Shown in pieces: positions 1 through 12,493 of a stretch of 64,000 nt of DNA. Source of the stretch: Basidiobolus meristosporus CBS 931.73 (lineage: Eukaryota > Fungi > Basidiobolomycota). The stretch's first letter is position 1; each line of letters opens with the position of its first letter. The position numbers and the translations under genes are program-made. The DNA is taken from the NCBI GenBank assembly GCA_002104905.1, contig MCFE01000377.1, positions 1 through 64,000 of the forward strand, written 5' to 3'. A model generated the notes under the pieces. That model did no database searches and was not told the DNA's origin. It saw nothing but the letters and a program-made list of their open reading frames with translations.

Positions 1-1616
1 CACCATGACTTGAAGCTCCCTGAGCTTAGACAGAGATTCTTGCTTTCTCTGCATGAAGTAGACCCACATTTATTTTGTATAATCCATCAGTAAAAGTGAT
101 TAAATACGTCATCCTGCCTAAGGATAAATTTAGCATAGGTCCACACAGATCTGAGTGTATTAGATCTAGCTTTTCTTAGTTCTGATTAGCCCAGAGCTCT
201 TGAACAGTTGTCTGGCTTGTTTCCCATATATGCAGGCTTCACAGTGCTCCAAATTAGCTGGGGCATCACTTTTTACTCCGGAAATTAGCTGATCTTTGAT
301 CATTTTGCACAAATAATCAAAATTGATGTACCCAAATCTCCTGTGCCAATGCATTGGTGTTTCTTCATTTAGGTTACTCATATTGGCATCCAGATATGAT
401 GGAATATAAGTCAACTTGTATAGATTCTGATCTATGATACCCAAAGCAAAATGGGCACCATTTTGGTCAGTGATCCTGCATGCAGAATTGTCAAAGTTGA
501 AACTGAGTCCTTCTGCTGTGGCCTTGCTTACAGATAGCAGGTTCTTGACTATTTCTGGTACATAGAGTACTTCTTTGAAGGTCTATGTATGGCTTACTTC
601 ACTGCTTCTAAGGTTTACTTGGAGAGTTCCTTCTCCCACTTCATCAAGAGTTCTATTGTCACCTATAAAAACCTTCTTAATTGAAATTTATTGGTATTGG
701 GTAAAAAGTTCTTTTTGGTGTGTTAAGTGTTGGGATGCTCCAGAGTCAATATACCGCATCTGAGAATCCTTGTTTATGGTCATATTTGGTGCAGATATGA
801 ATAGTCTATCTTTAGTTGTTGCAGCATTCCCATATTCAGGCTTTTACTGCTGACTATCACACTTTTTGAAGCACCGGTCTGATGTGTGTCCTTTCCTTTT
901 GCAGTAGTACAAAATAGGCTGCTATTGCCTTTGAAAGGTCTTGGGTATCTCCTTTGTTGGTTATTGTTGCATATTAAAGCATTTTCTTCTTCCTTCTTAT
1001 TGGTGCTTGATTTTCTTAATTCTTCATCCAGGAGCCTTCCATATATGTAATTTAAGGTCAAATCTTCAGTTCTGGACTCTAGTGCTGATACAAGGCCCTG
1101 AAGCTTGTCTGTCAGGCTATTCAGGATGGTAACCATCACATCCTCATCAGTAGCTGGTACACCCATAGACTCCATCTCATCCACCAACAGGGTAGTTATG
1201 CTAATTAGATTTTTCATTTATTCTCATGGCTGCATCTTTGTAGTAAAGCATTCTCATCTCAGATTCTTTTCTTAGCAGCTGCACATGACTGATAGGTGTC
1301 TTCTAATGCCTTCCAGGCATTCTTTGCCATTTTTGCACTTGAGCATTGAATTAGCAATTTGTCTTTAACATTAAGGTAAATGCAGTTATAGGCACTTTGT
1401 TCTTTCTTCTGGTACTTTAATGCTTCCTCTCCCACACTCTTAGGAGGGCATTCTTCTCCCATGACAATATCCCAAAGGCCTCTTTCTTGCAGCAGCATCT
1501 TCATCTTCACCTTCCACACTTGGTAGTCAGATCCATCCAACTTCTCAGCAGAGGGAAAAGTTCCAGTAATAGCAATAGTAGACATTGCAGAGAGTGACAG
1601 CTCAGGGCTCATAGCT
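1..1616 (-). mobile_element. Decayed Ty1/Copia internal region (gag, protease, GAG-pre-integrase, start of integrase); runs off the left edge
   Basis: ORF fragments 1259-1744 (KLDGSDYQVWKVKMKMLL gag N-terminus), 780-1217 (ALESRTEDLTLNY gag) and 166-444 (WHRRFGY...CEACIYGKQ). Colinear with 4335-5949. A PBS-like AGCTATGAGCCC directly follows the LTR on the minus strand. Confidence 0.9.
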
Positions 1617-1966
1617 TGTTGTAATAGTCTTGGAGATATTGGAAGTGATTGGGAGTACAAGTAGATTATGTGTATTTCACTCAATGATTTATTGAATGTA
1701 AATGTAGTATTCATACTTTTACATGGTCTTGGCATAGCAAACATGTAGAATAGGTTAAGAAGGATCCCAAGAACATGTGTGCAAAGTTTGGGGCTGTTTG
1801 GACAACTTTGAGAACTTCTATGTTCTGGGTACCTGGTATTTTGGTAAAAATATTCTAAGTAAATCCCAACAAGGAATTTGGTCAGTATTCTCTAGGATAT
1901 GAAAGGTAATGATCTAAGTGACTAAGTTAGGTGAATATTTAGGTGGAAATATGAACTTTTACAACA
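1617..1966 (-). repeat. Copia LTR (350 bp, TGTTG...CAACA) shared between two tandem elements
   Basis: TGTTG/CAACA termini. Polypurine tract AGTGGGAG (minus strand) abuts at 1967-1974 and a PBS-like sequence abuts the other end. Matches 5950-6223 and 46098-46439. Confidence 0.9.
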
Positions 1967-4900
1967 CTCCCACTCAGCTAAATGTTCATACTGACTGGTC
2001 CTAATTTTGACCCAAGATATGGAAACTTGTCACTGGCTAATGGTTTGATAAATATGTCTGCAATCATTTCATCTGTATGACAGTAAACTAAGCTAACTAA
2101 GTTATTCTCTATAGCTTCACATATGAAATGATGTCTAATATCTATGTGCTTGGTTCTAGCATGAAAAATTGGATTTCTATCTAATTGTATACATCCTTGA
2201 TTATCTTGAGATAAAGTACTAGGTGTTTTTTGACATTGGCCTAAACCTGTAAGCAGCTTTCTTAACCACATTGCTTCTTTTGTAGCTTCACAGGCTGCCA
2301 TATACTCTGCCTATGTGGTAGAAAGTGCTACAGTTGGTTGCTTTCTTGAATTCCATGAAATTGCTCCTTGACAGTATAGAAAGGTGTATCCTGTGGTGGA
2401 TCTTCTGTCTTCTAAATTTTGTCCCCAATCAGCATCAGAATATCCCATAACATCCTGTTCTGAGTCCTTATATGTATATATTAAGCAGATATCAGCAGTT
2501 CCTTTTAGGTATCAAAAAAATCTGCTCAACTGCTGCAATATGATCAGATCCATAGTTCTGATTATGTTGGCTGACAACTCCCACTGAATATCAGATATCT
2601 GGACGTGTTCCAAACATGATATACATCAGACTGCTAACCAAAGACTGATAAGGAAAGTCAGGGCTTTCAGATGGCACTAAGCTCTCTTGATTTGGTTGAG
2701 TTTTGACCAAGTTAAGGTTTGTCTCCATTGGGATAGCTGCCAGCTTGCAGTCTTCCATTTGGTACTTCTTTAGTATATCTTGAATATACTTGGATTGGCT
2801 TAGGGTAATAGCCTGGGTACTTCTGTCTATGGAGAACTTAATCCCTTAGTAGTAACTGAGTTCTGCTAGATTGGACATCTTGAACTCCTTAGATAGGCTG
2901 GATTTAGTCTCTTCCAATGTTTCTAGCTTATTGGCAGCTATAATACGATCATCCACATATAGAGCTAATAGAGCTGGATTTGCTCTATCTGGCTTATAGT
3001 ATATACTATAGTCAGCATTACTCCTTTTGAAACTCAAAGATTCCAAATACAAATCTATCTTGCAATTCCAGGCTCTTGGTGATTGTTTGAGACCATATAG
3101 TGACTTTTTAAGCTTGCAGACCAAATGGGGGCTATCTTGGTCAACAAACCCTTCAGGCTGGTCCATATACACATTCTCATCAAGTTCTCCATTTAAAAAT
3201 GCAGTTTTTACATCTATTTGATGAATAAAAAACTTATATTTGGCTGCAATAGCCAATATTAATCTGATGGAATCAAACTTGGCTACTGGTGCAAAGGTCT
3301 CAGTAGAGTCAAGTCCTTTTGTTTGAGAGTATCCTTTGGCTACAAGTCTTGCTTTGTAACTTTCAATTGTACCATCAGCCTTGTATTTTGTCTTGAAGAC
3401 CCATCTGCATCCAATTGATTTTTGGTTAATTGGTATTTTGACTAAGTCCCAAGTTTGATTTTCCATCAAGGCCTGATATTCCTCAGTCATTGCAGATCTC
3501 CAAAACTTTGTCTGAGGGCTATTTAGGGCCTCTTTTACTGTCTGGGGTTCATCATTATGGACTGAATAGGCATAGCCTAAGTTTGTACCCTCATTAATAT
3601 AGTAATTTGGGCTATTTCTTGTCCATTGGATCTCCAAGCATTTGATAATGGAATGCTCAATTCTGGGATATTCCTGGGCACTGATTCTGGCTGTACCATG
3701 GTTGTAGAGTCCTCTGGAGTGAAAAAATCTTCATTGTTTTGCTCTGATTCAATCCTGACAACTGGTGGATTTGGGATCAGATATTTGTCATCATCTGATG
3801 TCATATTTTGTGAAAATTTTAAATTTTCATCAAACAACACATCCCTGGACTTGATTAGCTTCTTTGCTTTGGTATTGTAGAGTCTGTATGCTTGACTCTA
3901 ATTGCAGTAGCCCATAAATATGCATTTTACACTTTTTGACTCAAATTTTGGCTGATTTCGGACAGTTTCTTGGCATATGCTGTACACCCAAATATTCTTA
4001 GATGTTCTGCACTTGGTCTGTATCCATACCATGCTTCAAATGGAGTAGAACCACAAAGGACTCTGTTATAACTCCTATTTTTAAGATATACAGCAGTGGC
4101 AAATGATTCCGCCCAAAAATCATAGGATAATTTTTGACCATGGATCATAGATCTTACCATATCAATTATTGATCTGTTAGCACATTCTGCTATCCCATTT
4201 TGCTGTGGGGAGTATGGTACAGTAGCCTCTTGCGTTATCCCATGAATTTTGCAGAAGTAGATGAAGAGTTATGAGGTATATTCTCCTCCATTGTCAGAGC
4301 TTATTTTCTTGATTTTTTCACCAGTTTCTCTCTCCACCATGGCTTTAAGCTCCCTGAACTTAGACAGAGCTTCTTCCTTTCTCTCCATGAGGTAGACCCA
4401 TGTGTATCTTATATAATCATCAATAAAAGCAATTAAATACTTCATCCCACCTAAGGATAAATTTGCATAGGTCCACACAGGTCTGAGTGAATTAGATCTA
4501 ATTATTTCTTAGTTTTGATTAACCCAGAGCTCTTGAATGGTTGTCTGGCTTGTTTCCCATATATGCAGGGTTCACAGTGCTCCAAATTGGCAGTGGATCA
4601 ATTTTTACTCCAGAAATTAGCTGATATATGATCATTTTGCGCAAATAATCAAAATTGATGTGCCCAAATCTCTTGTGCCAAAGAATTGGTGTTTCTTCAT
4701 TTAGGTTACTTATATTGGCTTCCAGATATGATGGAATATAAGTCAACTTGTATAGATTCTGAACTCTGATACCCAAAGCAATATGGGCATCATTTTGATC
4801 AGTGATCTTGCATCCAGAATTGTCAAAGCTGAAACTGAGTCCTTCTGCAGTGGCCTTGCTTACAGATAGTAGGTTCTTGGTTATTTCTGGTACATAGAGT

Positions 4901-5949
4901 ACTTCTTTAAAGGTCAGTGTGTGGCTTCCTTCACTGCTTCTTAGGTTTACTTGGATAGTTCCTTCTCCCACTGCATCAAGTATTCTATTGTCACCCATGA
5001 AAACCTTCTTAATTGGAATTTCTTGATATTGGGTAAAAAGTTCTTTTTAGTGTGTAAAGTGTTGAGATGCTCCAGAGTCAATATACCACCTCTGAGAATC
5101 CTTGTTTGTGGTGATATTTAGTGCAGATATGAATAGTCTATCTTCAGTTGCTGCAGCATTTCTGTATTCAGACTTCTTTTGCTGATTGTCTTCCTTCTTG
5201 AGACATTGGTCTGATGTATGTCCTTTCCTTTTGCAATAGTTGCAAAACTGGTTGCTGTTGGCTTTGTAGGGTCTTGGGTACCTCCTTTGTCAGTTATCAT
5301 TGCTTATTAAAGCATTTTCTTTTTCCTTCTTATTGAAGCTTGATTTTCTTAATTCTTCATCCAGGAGCCTTCCTTATACGTAATTTAAGGTCAAATCTTC
5401 AGTTCTGGACTCTAGGGCTGATACAAGGCCTTGAAACCTTTCTGTCAGGCTATTCAGGATGGTAACCATCACATCCTCATCAGTAGTTGGTACACCCGCA
5501 GATTCCATCTCATCTACCTGTAGGGTAATTCTGTTGATTAGATTTTTCATTTCTTCTCCTGGCAGCATCTATGTAGTAAAGCATTCTCATCTCAGATACT
5601 TTTCTTAGCAGCTGAACTTGACTGGTAGGTGTCTTCTAATGCCTTCCTGGCATTCTTTGTTGTTTTTGCACTTGAGCATTGAATTAGCAATTTGTCCTCA
5701 ACATTAAGGCAAATGCAGTTAAAGGCTCTTTGTTCTTTCTTCTGGTACTTCAAGGCTTCCTCTCTCACACTTTTAGGAGGGCATTCTTCTCCCATGACAA
5801 TATCCCAAAGGCCTCTTTCTTGCAGCAGCATCTTCATCTTCACCTTCCACACTTGGTAGTCAGATCCATCCAACTTCTCAGCAGAGGGAAAAATTCCAGT
5901 AATAACAATGGTAGACATTGCAGAGAGTGACAGCTCAGGGCTCATAACC
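1967..5949 (-). mobile_element. Decayed full-length Ty1/Copia internal region (gag-PR-IN-RT-RNaseH) with stops and frameshifts
   Basis: gag 5592-5930; protease YIDSGASQH near 5060-5090; integrase AFIDDYIRYTWVY and SDNGGEY (4269-4478); RT YKARLVAKGY, QIDVKTAFLNG, SLYGLKQSPRAW, LYVDD (2846-3637); RNaseH QDNQG, HARTKHIDIRHHF (1978-2301). Confidence 0.93.
5938..5949 (-). promoter_or_regulatory. Copia primer-binding site GGTTATGAGCCC
   Basis: Directly adjacent to the LTR end. The same motif occurs at 38837-38848. GGTTATGRGCCC-type PBS is established for Copia-lineage elements primed by an internal part of initiator tRNA-Met. Confidence 0.75.
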
Positions 5950-6223
5950 TGTTGTAATAGTCTTGGAGATATTGGAATTGATTGGGAGTACAAGTAGATT
6001 ATGTGGATTTCACTCAATGATTTATTGAATGCAAATGTAGTATTTGTACTTTTCATGGTCTTGGCATAACAAGCACACAGAATAGGTTAAGGAAGGTCCC
6101 AAGAACATGTGTGCAAAGTTTGGGGCTGTTTGGACAACTTTGAGAATTTCTATGTTCTGGGTACCTGGTATTTTGGTAAAAATATTCTAAGTAAATCCCA
6201 ACAAGGAATTTGGTAAGTATTCT
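5950..6223 (-). repeat. Truncated 5' LTR of the Copia element
   Basis: About 15 differences from 1617-1890 over ~273 bp; ends abruptly in Gypsy integrase sequence. Confidence 0.88.
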
Positions 6224-6825
6224 TGGGTTTGAAGGAATCTATAGCCTTGTGAAAGCCAGAGCATGGTGTCCTAGAACAAAACAAGATTTTGAGAAGCTAG
6301 TGAAAGCCTGCCCAAACTGCCAAATCAGTCAAGGCCAGTCACAAAGTATTATTGAACTCTTTCCCGTGGAGCCAGTAAGACCATTTGAAAGATTGGGAAT
6401 TGACTTTATTGGAAGACTGCCAACTACCAGGATATGCAACTGTTGGATCCTAGTAGCAACAGACCATGCCACAAAATTGCCAGTGGCTAAAGCAGTACCT
6501 GTAGCCAGTGAACAAGAAGTTGCAAGTTTCATCTACCATGGGATCCTTATAAAGTTTGGATGCCCTGTTGAGATTTTATCTGATAGAGTAGCAAACTTTA
6601 TGGCAAAGATACTAGAAGCTTACCTGGTAATACTGCACATCAGACACTTGAAAAGAACTGCATATCACCCTAGTTCTAATGGAGTCACTGAGCAATTTAA
6701 TGGATTATTTGGGAAAATGCTAATCAAATATGCAAATGGAACTGTCAGTAGATGGGATGTGTATATAGACCAAGCACTTTTTGCTTGCAGAGTTAGGGTA
6801 CACAACACCACCCAAAAATTGCCAT
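6221..6825 (+). mobile_element. Ty3/Gypsy integrase fragment (same family as 13390-18327)
   Basis: ORF 6210-6908 contains [40 protein letters not shown]; aligns to 16895-17495. Confidence 0.9.
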
Positions 6826-7800
6826 TGATGTACAGAACCAGTCTGAAGGGCCATGTGCTGACTTATTCTTTTACTTGCATAAGGTTCCTGTGGTGGAGGC
6901 ACTTTTAGTGGGTCACTGTCAGCCAGTTCTTCATAGTAAGTTGCTGATGGTCAGGTATTGCAGCATGCACTAGTGCAACTTAGTTCACTGGCATGGCCCT
7001 TGACAGAGTACAACCTGACTCTATGTATATGCAACTCAGCCTGCTCTAGTGGACTTGTCTCCAATTGAGCAGTTTGGCAAGCTCTGATATTTTGCTCCAA
7101 ACCACACATATCAACTCAGTGCATAATCATCTGGCAAAGAATGATGGCATATACTTGACTGATGCTTGCTGGCATGCTGGCATTGCAAGGCTTGCTAAGG
7201 AATCCAAAAAGGTTTGCTGGTGCAATCTTGATGCAGTTGCCAGCAGTCTCTATTCTTCATTTTGAAGATCACCTTTGGATTCCTTAAGGTACTAACTTAC
7301 TCTCTGTCTGATGCTTTGGAAATACTGCCTTGATGAATCCTCTATATATTGCACTTGCAAGCCACTTAGCTCTATTAGTACATCATGCAGTATATAAGTT
7401 CTTTGAGGCAAAAGCCCAGTCAAAATCTAGTTGGTGCTAATAGTTGAGGCACAAACAGATTCATCTTGTCCATACTGCCTAAGTTGCATGCAGAGTGGAT
7501 TGTGCACAGCTTCCTGATCATATTCCCTTACTACAAGCTCATTTGTGCCTTCAGTTCCTGTCTTGTATTTCCTGTTATATGCATCTGCTGGCATCTTGAT
7601 GTAGAGCTGAAAACACTGCTTTCTAATCAGATTTTTCCATCTCAGTCATCTCTCTGAGAAATTCAGTAATGCTAGACTATTGAGTGGTGCCAAAATATCA
7701 GTAGGTAAGCTCATCATAGACACTGAGGCAATACTTAAATTATCTGACAGGAGCTTTTAGGGTCCAAACTGCACTTGAGCTAGGGATTGGATTTGTCTGG
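6826..7800. other. Unclassified CpG-depleted, probably repeat-derived sequence
   Basis: Composition like the surrounding decayed TEs; no motif I can recognise. Confidence 0.3.
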
Positions 7801-8770
7801 GTTGTACTAAAGATCAGTGGAGACTTGTTATAGGGACCATACTGGTGAATTTCAATATAAAGCAGTGGTATGTTGGCTTCACCTGATCTTAAAAGAGATA
7901 TAAATCTATGAAAACCAGTGTGATTGTTGTGATTTCTATATTCTATACATTTCTAATCAATGGGGAGAAATACGTGGCAAACCTAGTTTATAGAGCAGTG
8001 GACCATTAGAGATTAGGATGTATTACAGCTTATAGGAAGCCAAGGAGTGGTGTGCTTAGTAGGAAGCAATTGCTATACAATACAATATCAAAGCATTGTA
8101 GAGTGAGATTATAGCATACATTTATATATCCAATGTTAATCAGAATATGGGAAGATAAATTTGGAGGAAAGTCAATTACAGGTGAAAGCAGCAGAACAGC
8201 CAAATATTTGCAATACTGATCAATACCCAGTTTCTCATACAAGAAGACATCCACTGCTATCAATGGATCAGCAACATTGCAAAGAGTAAATAATCCACAA
8301 AAAGCACTATTCTTGGCAATATAAGCAAGATTGTGCAGATCACCGGCAATAATATCCTACCACTGGCAGCATGGTGGAAATAATGGTGGCAGACAGTGGC
8401 ATAGAGTGCAAGTTCAATCTGGATCTCTGTAGCACTATGTAATAGAGCAAGTCTGATGGGCAAAATAATCAAGATATCAATTGATACACAGTTAATTCAT
8501 ACAAGACAACATCCACAAAGAGAAATTTGTCTGGAGCTTTATGCAGAGTCAGCATTATAGGAAGCAACTATCAAAAGTAAATAAGGCAAAATAAGCACTA
8601 TTCAGAGCAATATATGAAAAATTGAAGAAAATCACCAGTGACTGTATCCTAGCACTGGCATCATGGAAGAAATTATAATGGCAGATGGTGCTGCAGAGTG
8701 CTAGCCTGACATGGCACTATAACCTAGCTGGTACTTTTTGGTACTGCTCAATGGAACAAGTCTATTATCT
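7800..8770 (+). mobile_element. Decayed IS5/ISL2EU-like DDE_Tnp_4 transposase copy with duplicated 3' modules
   Basis: gattaggatgtattacagcttataggaagccaagg near 8010-8045 matches 39877-39910; 8280-8440 and 8580-8765 both resemble 40140-40340. Confidence 0.75.
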
Positions 8771-8779
8771 TGAATGCAG

Positions 8780-9300
8780 GTAAGCAAACAAACTTTGAGC
8801 CATCATTAGTGTACTAAGACAGTATTTTGAGAATAGTAGAAATTGCAAAAGGCAGAAGAATAAAGCTGCCTTCACTAAAAAGTAGCATCTTCTGTATATG
8901 CTTGTCACAGGCAAGGCTGAAAGCTCTGAGCAAGTAGTAAGGAGACGTTAGATAGCCAGCGGAGTACCAGTAAGCAACAAGCAGGTAGAAACAGATGCAA
9001 CAGTGCACTATTCAGCATGGAGAAACACAGCCTAGTACAATAAGTGCTTAGCTGAAGTAGCAGTGAAAAACCTGCTTATGATAAGGCCCCACAGCTTTCT
9101 CTGCAGCTCATCACGTATAGGTCTGGAAGCTCAGATAAGCAACAAAGAGACATTAGGTAGCCAGCAGAGAGCCAGTAATGGACAAGCCAAAAAAAGCAGA
9201 CGCACCAGTTCAGCTTTTAACCAGGAGAAAACACAATGCAATAGAAGAAGCACCCAGTCCAAGTAGCAGTGAAAGACCTGAAAGTGCTAAAGGTAATGGT
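8780..9300 (+). pseudogene. Fragment of the unknown ORF2 carried by the CACTA-like family
   Basis: ADAPVQLLTRRKHNAIEEAPS (9190-9270) aligns with DMDAPVQHLSRKKHSTTEEALS of the minus ORF 42204-42689. Confidence 0.65.
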
Positions 9301-9399
9301 AAAGGGAAAAAGTCTACCTAAGCCAAGGACAGGACAGCAATGAGAAAAACCAATCAATAGGTAGTAGTGTGATGTACTTGTGTATATCTACACATCTAT

Positions 9400-9851
9400 G
9401 CTTTGCAGTGCTAGTTGGCATAGTCTGTGGATCATGCAGAATTATACATCTGATCAAATTACGGTAGTTTGGCTAACTTATAGCAACCTACCAGGGGCCG
9501 CAAAAATTGTAGTTAAATACACTGGAATAGCTGATATATGGAAATTTGATGGTTATTCAAATTCAAAATTAGGCTGTGATCTGATTAACCAAAGCTCCAC
9601 CACTCTGTATGTAATTCCATTTGCTGGTGAAACTATTACGTAGATTAGCAATATACAAACCACCATGGTACACACTGCAACTGAGGCAGACTATATTGTG
9701 GATTGGCCAGCTGCCAAGAACACTATTTGGGTACAAAAATTAATCAACAACTTGGTTTTGGCTAAAATAAATATCTTGCTTTTATTGAGATAATCAATGT
9801 TGTATTTCATTAGCTAAGAATATGGCTTATCATGGCAGAGCTAGGCATATG
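9400..9851 (+). mobile_element. Highly decayed Copia RT/RNaseH fragment, cut by a Gypsy LTR
   Basis: GYSNSKLGCDLINQSSTTLYVIPFAG resembles GYSDADWAGD...STTGY..FAG; TEADY and YHGRARH downstream. Confidence 0.7.
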
Positions 9852-12493
9852 TGTTACAAGTCTTGGTATAAGAGTTGTAGAAGAATAGGGAGTTCAGCTA
9901 GTATTGTTTTCACTGAAACTTGACCTGATTTTTATTGAGGTTCCAGCAGCTTGTTATATACATTTTGCCAGATCAATTGCTGACTAATTGTATTTCCTAA
10001 TGTAGGTTGTGGCTGATGACGCATTTGATTGCATCATCATCACCCAATAAGATCCTACTTAATATATCTATTTCTGTCTGATAAGGATCTGCTGATTCAT
10101 TTGCTGACTAGTGCTACTGATTTGATAGACAATACTGATATACTGATAACCTAAACATATACTAATTGATTTGACTAAAAACTGATCTAACTTAAACACT
10201 CAAGCGGCAGATCATAACATTCTCCCCTACTACAGTTGAGAGGGTTCTCCTGAATCTCTTTTCTTGTGATACCAATATCTTGATGGTTCAGTATTATCAG
10301 CAAGTCTCGCAAGCTTGAGTCTGTCCCTATGCACTAAGTCTTCCCGGATGTTGCCTTGTTTGTCCACCAGTTGGTAAGTTGCAAATGGACATTCTCTGAT
10401 GATCTTGAATGGTACTGTCCATTGTGGCTCAGACTTCTTCCAAGTGTTGTTTCTTAGCAATACAAAGTTCCCAACTGTCAATGCTTCTGGTGCTATAGTC
10501 TTATCAAATCTCTGCTTCATCTTTTCTGCACTTTGAGATACTTTGGTCTGTGCCTCTTAACGTCTTTGTTCCAGTTGCTGGTGTCTTCTTGGCTGACTAA
10601 GTTCATCTTCTAAGGCATCTGTAAGCTTGGGTTGTGTGAGATCTCCTGGAATCCTTGGTTCACATCCATACACTGAGTAAAATGGTGATTGCTGGGTGGT
10701 GTTGTGTACTCTGACTCTGCACGCAAATAGTGCTTGGTCTATATACTCATCCCATCTACTGACAACTCCATTTGCATACTTGGTCAGCATTTGTCCAAAT
10801 AATCCATTAAACCGCTCAGTGACTCCATTAGTTCTGGGGTGATATGCCAAGGTTTTCAAGTGTCTGATCTGCTGCATTTCCAGGTAAGCCTCTAATGTCT
10901 TTGCCATAAAGTTTGCTCCTCTATCAGATAAGATCTCCACAGGGCATCCAAACTTCATCAGGATCTCATGGTACATGAAACTTGCAACTTCTTGTTAACT
11001 GGCTATTGGTACAGCTTTAGCAACTGGCCATTTAGTGGCATGGTAAATTGCTACTAGGATCCAACGGTTGCATTTCCTGGTAGTTGGCAGTCTTCTAATA
11101 AAGTCAATTCCCCATCTCTCAAATGGTCTTACAGGCTCCAAAGGGTAGAGTTCGGCAATTCTTTGTGGCTGGCCTTGATTGATTTGGCAGTTTAGGCATG
11201 TTTTTACTAGCTTCTCAATGTCTTGTTTCATTCTGGGCCACCATGCTCTGGCCTTCACAAGGCTATAGGTTCCTTCAATCCCAAGATGTCCATATCCATT
11301 GTGTAGCTTATGTATTAAATCCAGGCAAGCAACATAAGGACAATAGGCAATAGGGCTTCTATCAACAATTTGGTAGAGTGTTTCATCCTGTACAACAAAT
11401 TTGCTGGCTTCATCACGGATTATCTTCTTGATATCTTCATCCACCTCATTAGGAATTGCTTGGTCCTCTAAGTACTTTGATAATAGCCTAGACCAATCTG
11501 ATTCATGCACCAAGTTGAGTTTTGCAACTTGATCTAATCTTGATAAGGCATCAGCAACTGTGTTGGTTTTTCCAGGGCAGTAGACAATCTCCAGGTCAAA
11601 TTGCTGAATGTATTCACTCCATCTTGTCATTCTTCTAGAGAGTACCTTCTGAGTAAATATATACTTGAGGGAGGCATGATCAGTCTTCACAGTGCATTTG
11701 ACTCCTTCAATATAGCATCTCCATGTCTTCAAACAGTGAATTATAGCAAGCATCTCCTTCTCATGGACTGGATAGTTTTGTTCTGCTGAGTTCAGTTTCT
11801 TGGATTCAAAGCCAACAGGGTAGTCCTTTCCCTTGTGTTCTTGGCTTAGCACTCCACCAATTGCATAATCTGAAGCATCTGTGCACAGAGTGAACTCTTT
11901 TCTGAAGTCTGGTATTCTTAAGCTTGGCAGCTTAGCAAGTTCATTCTTGAGCATCTGGAAGGCAGTCTCACAAGCTATGTCCCACTTGTAGGTATTGTCT
12001 TTCTTGAGGATATCAGTTAAAGGGGCTGCAATACTTGCAAACAACTTGACAAATCTCCAATAATAGGAAACCATTCCAAAGAATGATCTGAGCTCTGATA
12101 TGCTATGGGGGTATTTCAGATTCTTGATTACTTCCACCTTCTTTGGGTCTAAGGTTACTCCTGTGCTAGTCACTATGTGTCCCAGGTATTCAATGTGCTC
12201 CTTGAAGAATTCACACTTGGCTAGCTTGCCATATAGCTTGTTCTCTCTTAGTTTCTTCAAGACCTTTTCAATGTGCACTACGCAATCCTCTTCTGTCTTG
12301 CTGTATATCAATATGTCATCCAGGTAGATTATCACAAACTTGTCTAAGTGCTCCTGAAAGACAGTCTGCATCAGCGTCATGAATGTTGCAGGGGCATTAG
12401 TGAGGCCAAAACTCATGACCAGGTACTTGTAATGTCCATATCTGGTCCTAAATGCTGTCTTAGGAATATCTTCTGGTTTCACCCTAATTTGGT
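9852..12493 (-). mobile_element. 5'-truncated Ty3/Gypsy copy E (RT-RNaseH-integrase plus 3' LTR 9852-10219)
   Basis: 368-bp LTR with TG...CA termini; PPT abuts at 10220-10232; YLDD RT, TDAS RNaseH and integrase in ORFs 10995-12626, 10557-10976, 10230-10520; homology ends at 12493. Confidence 0.95.
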
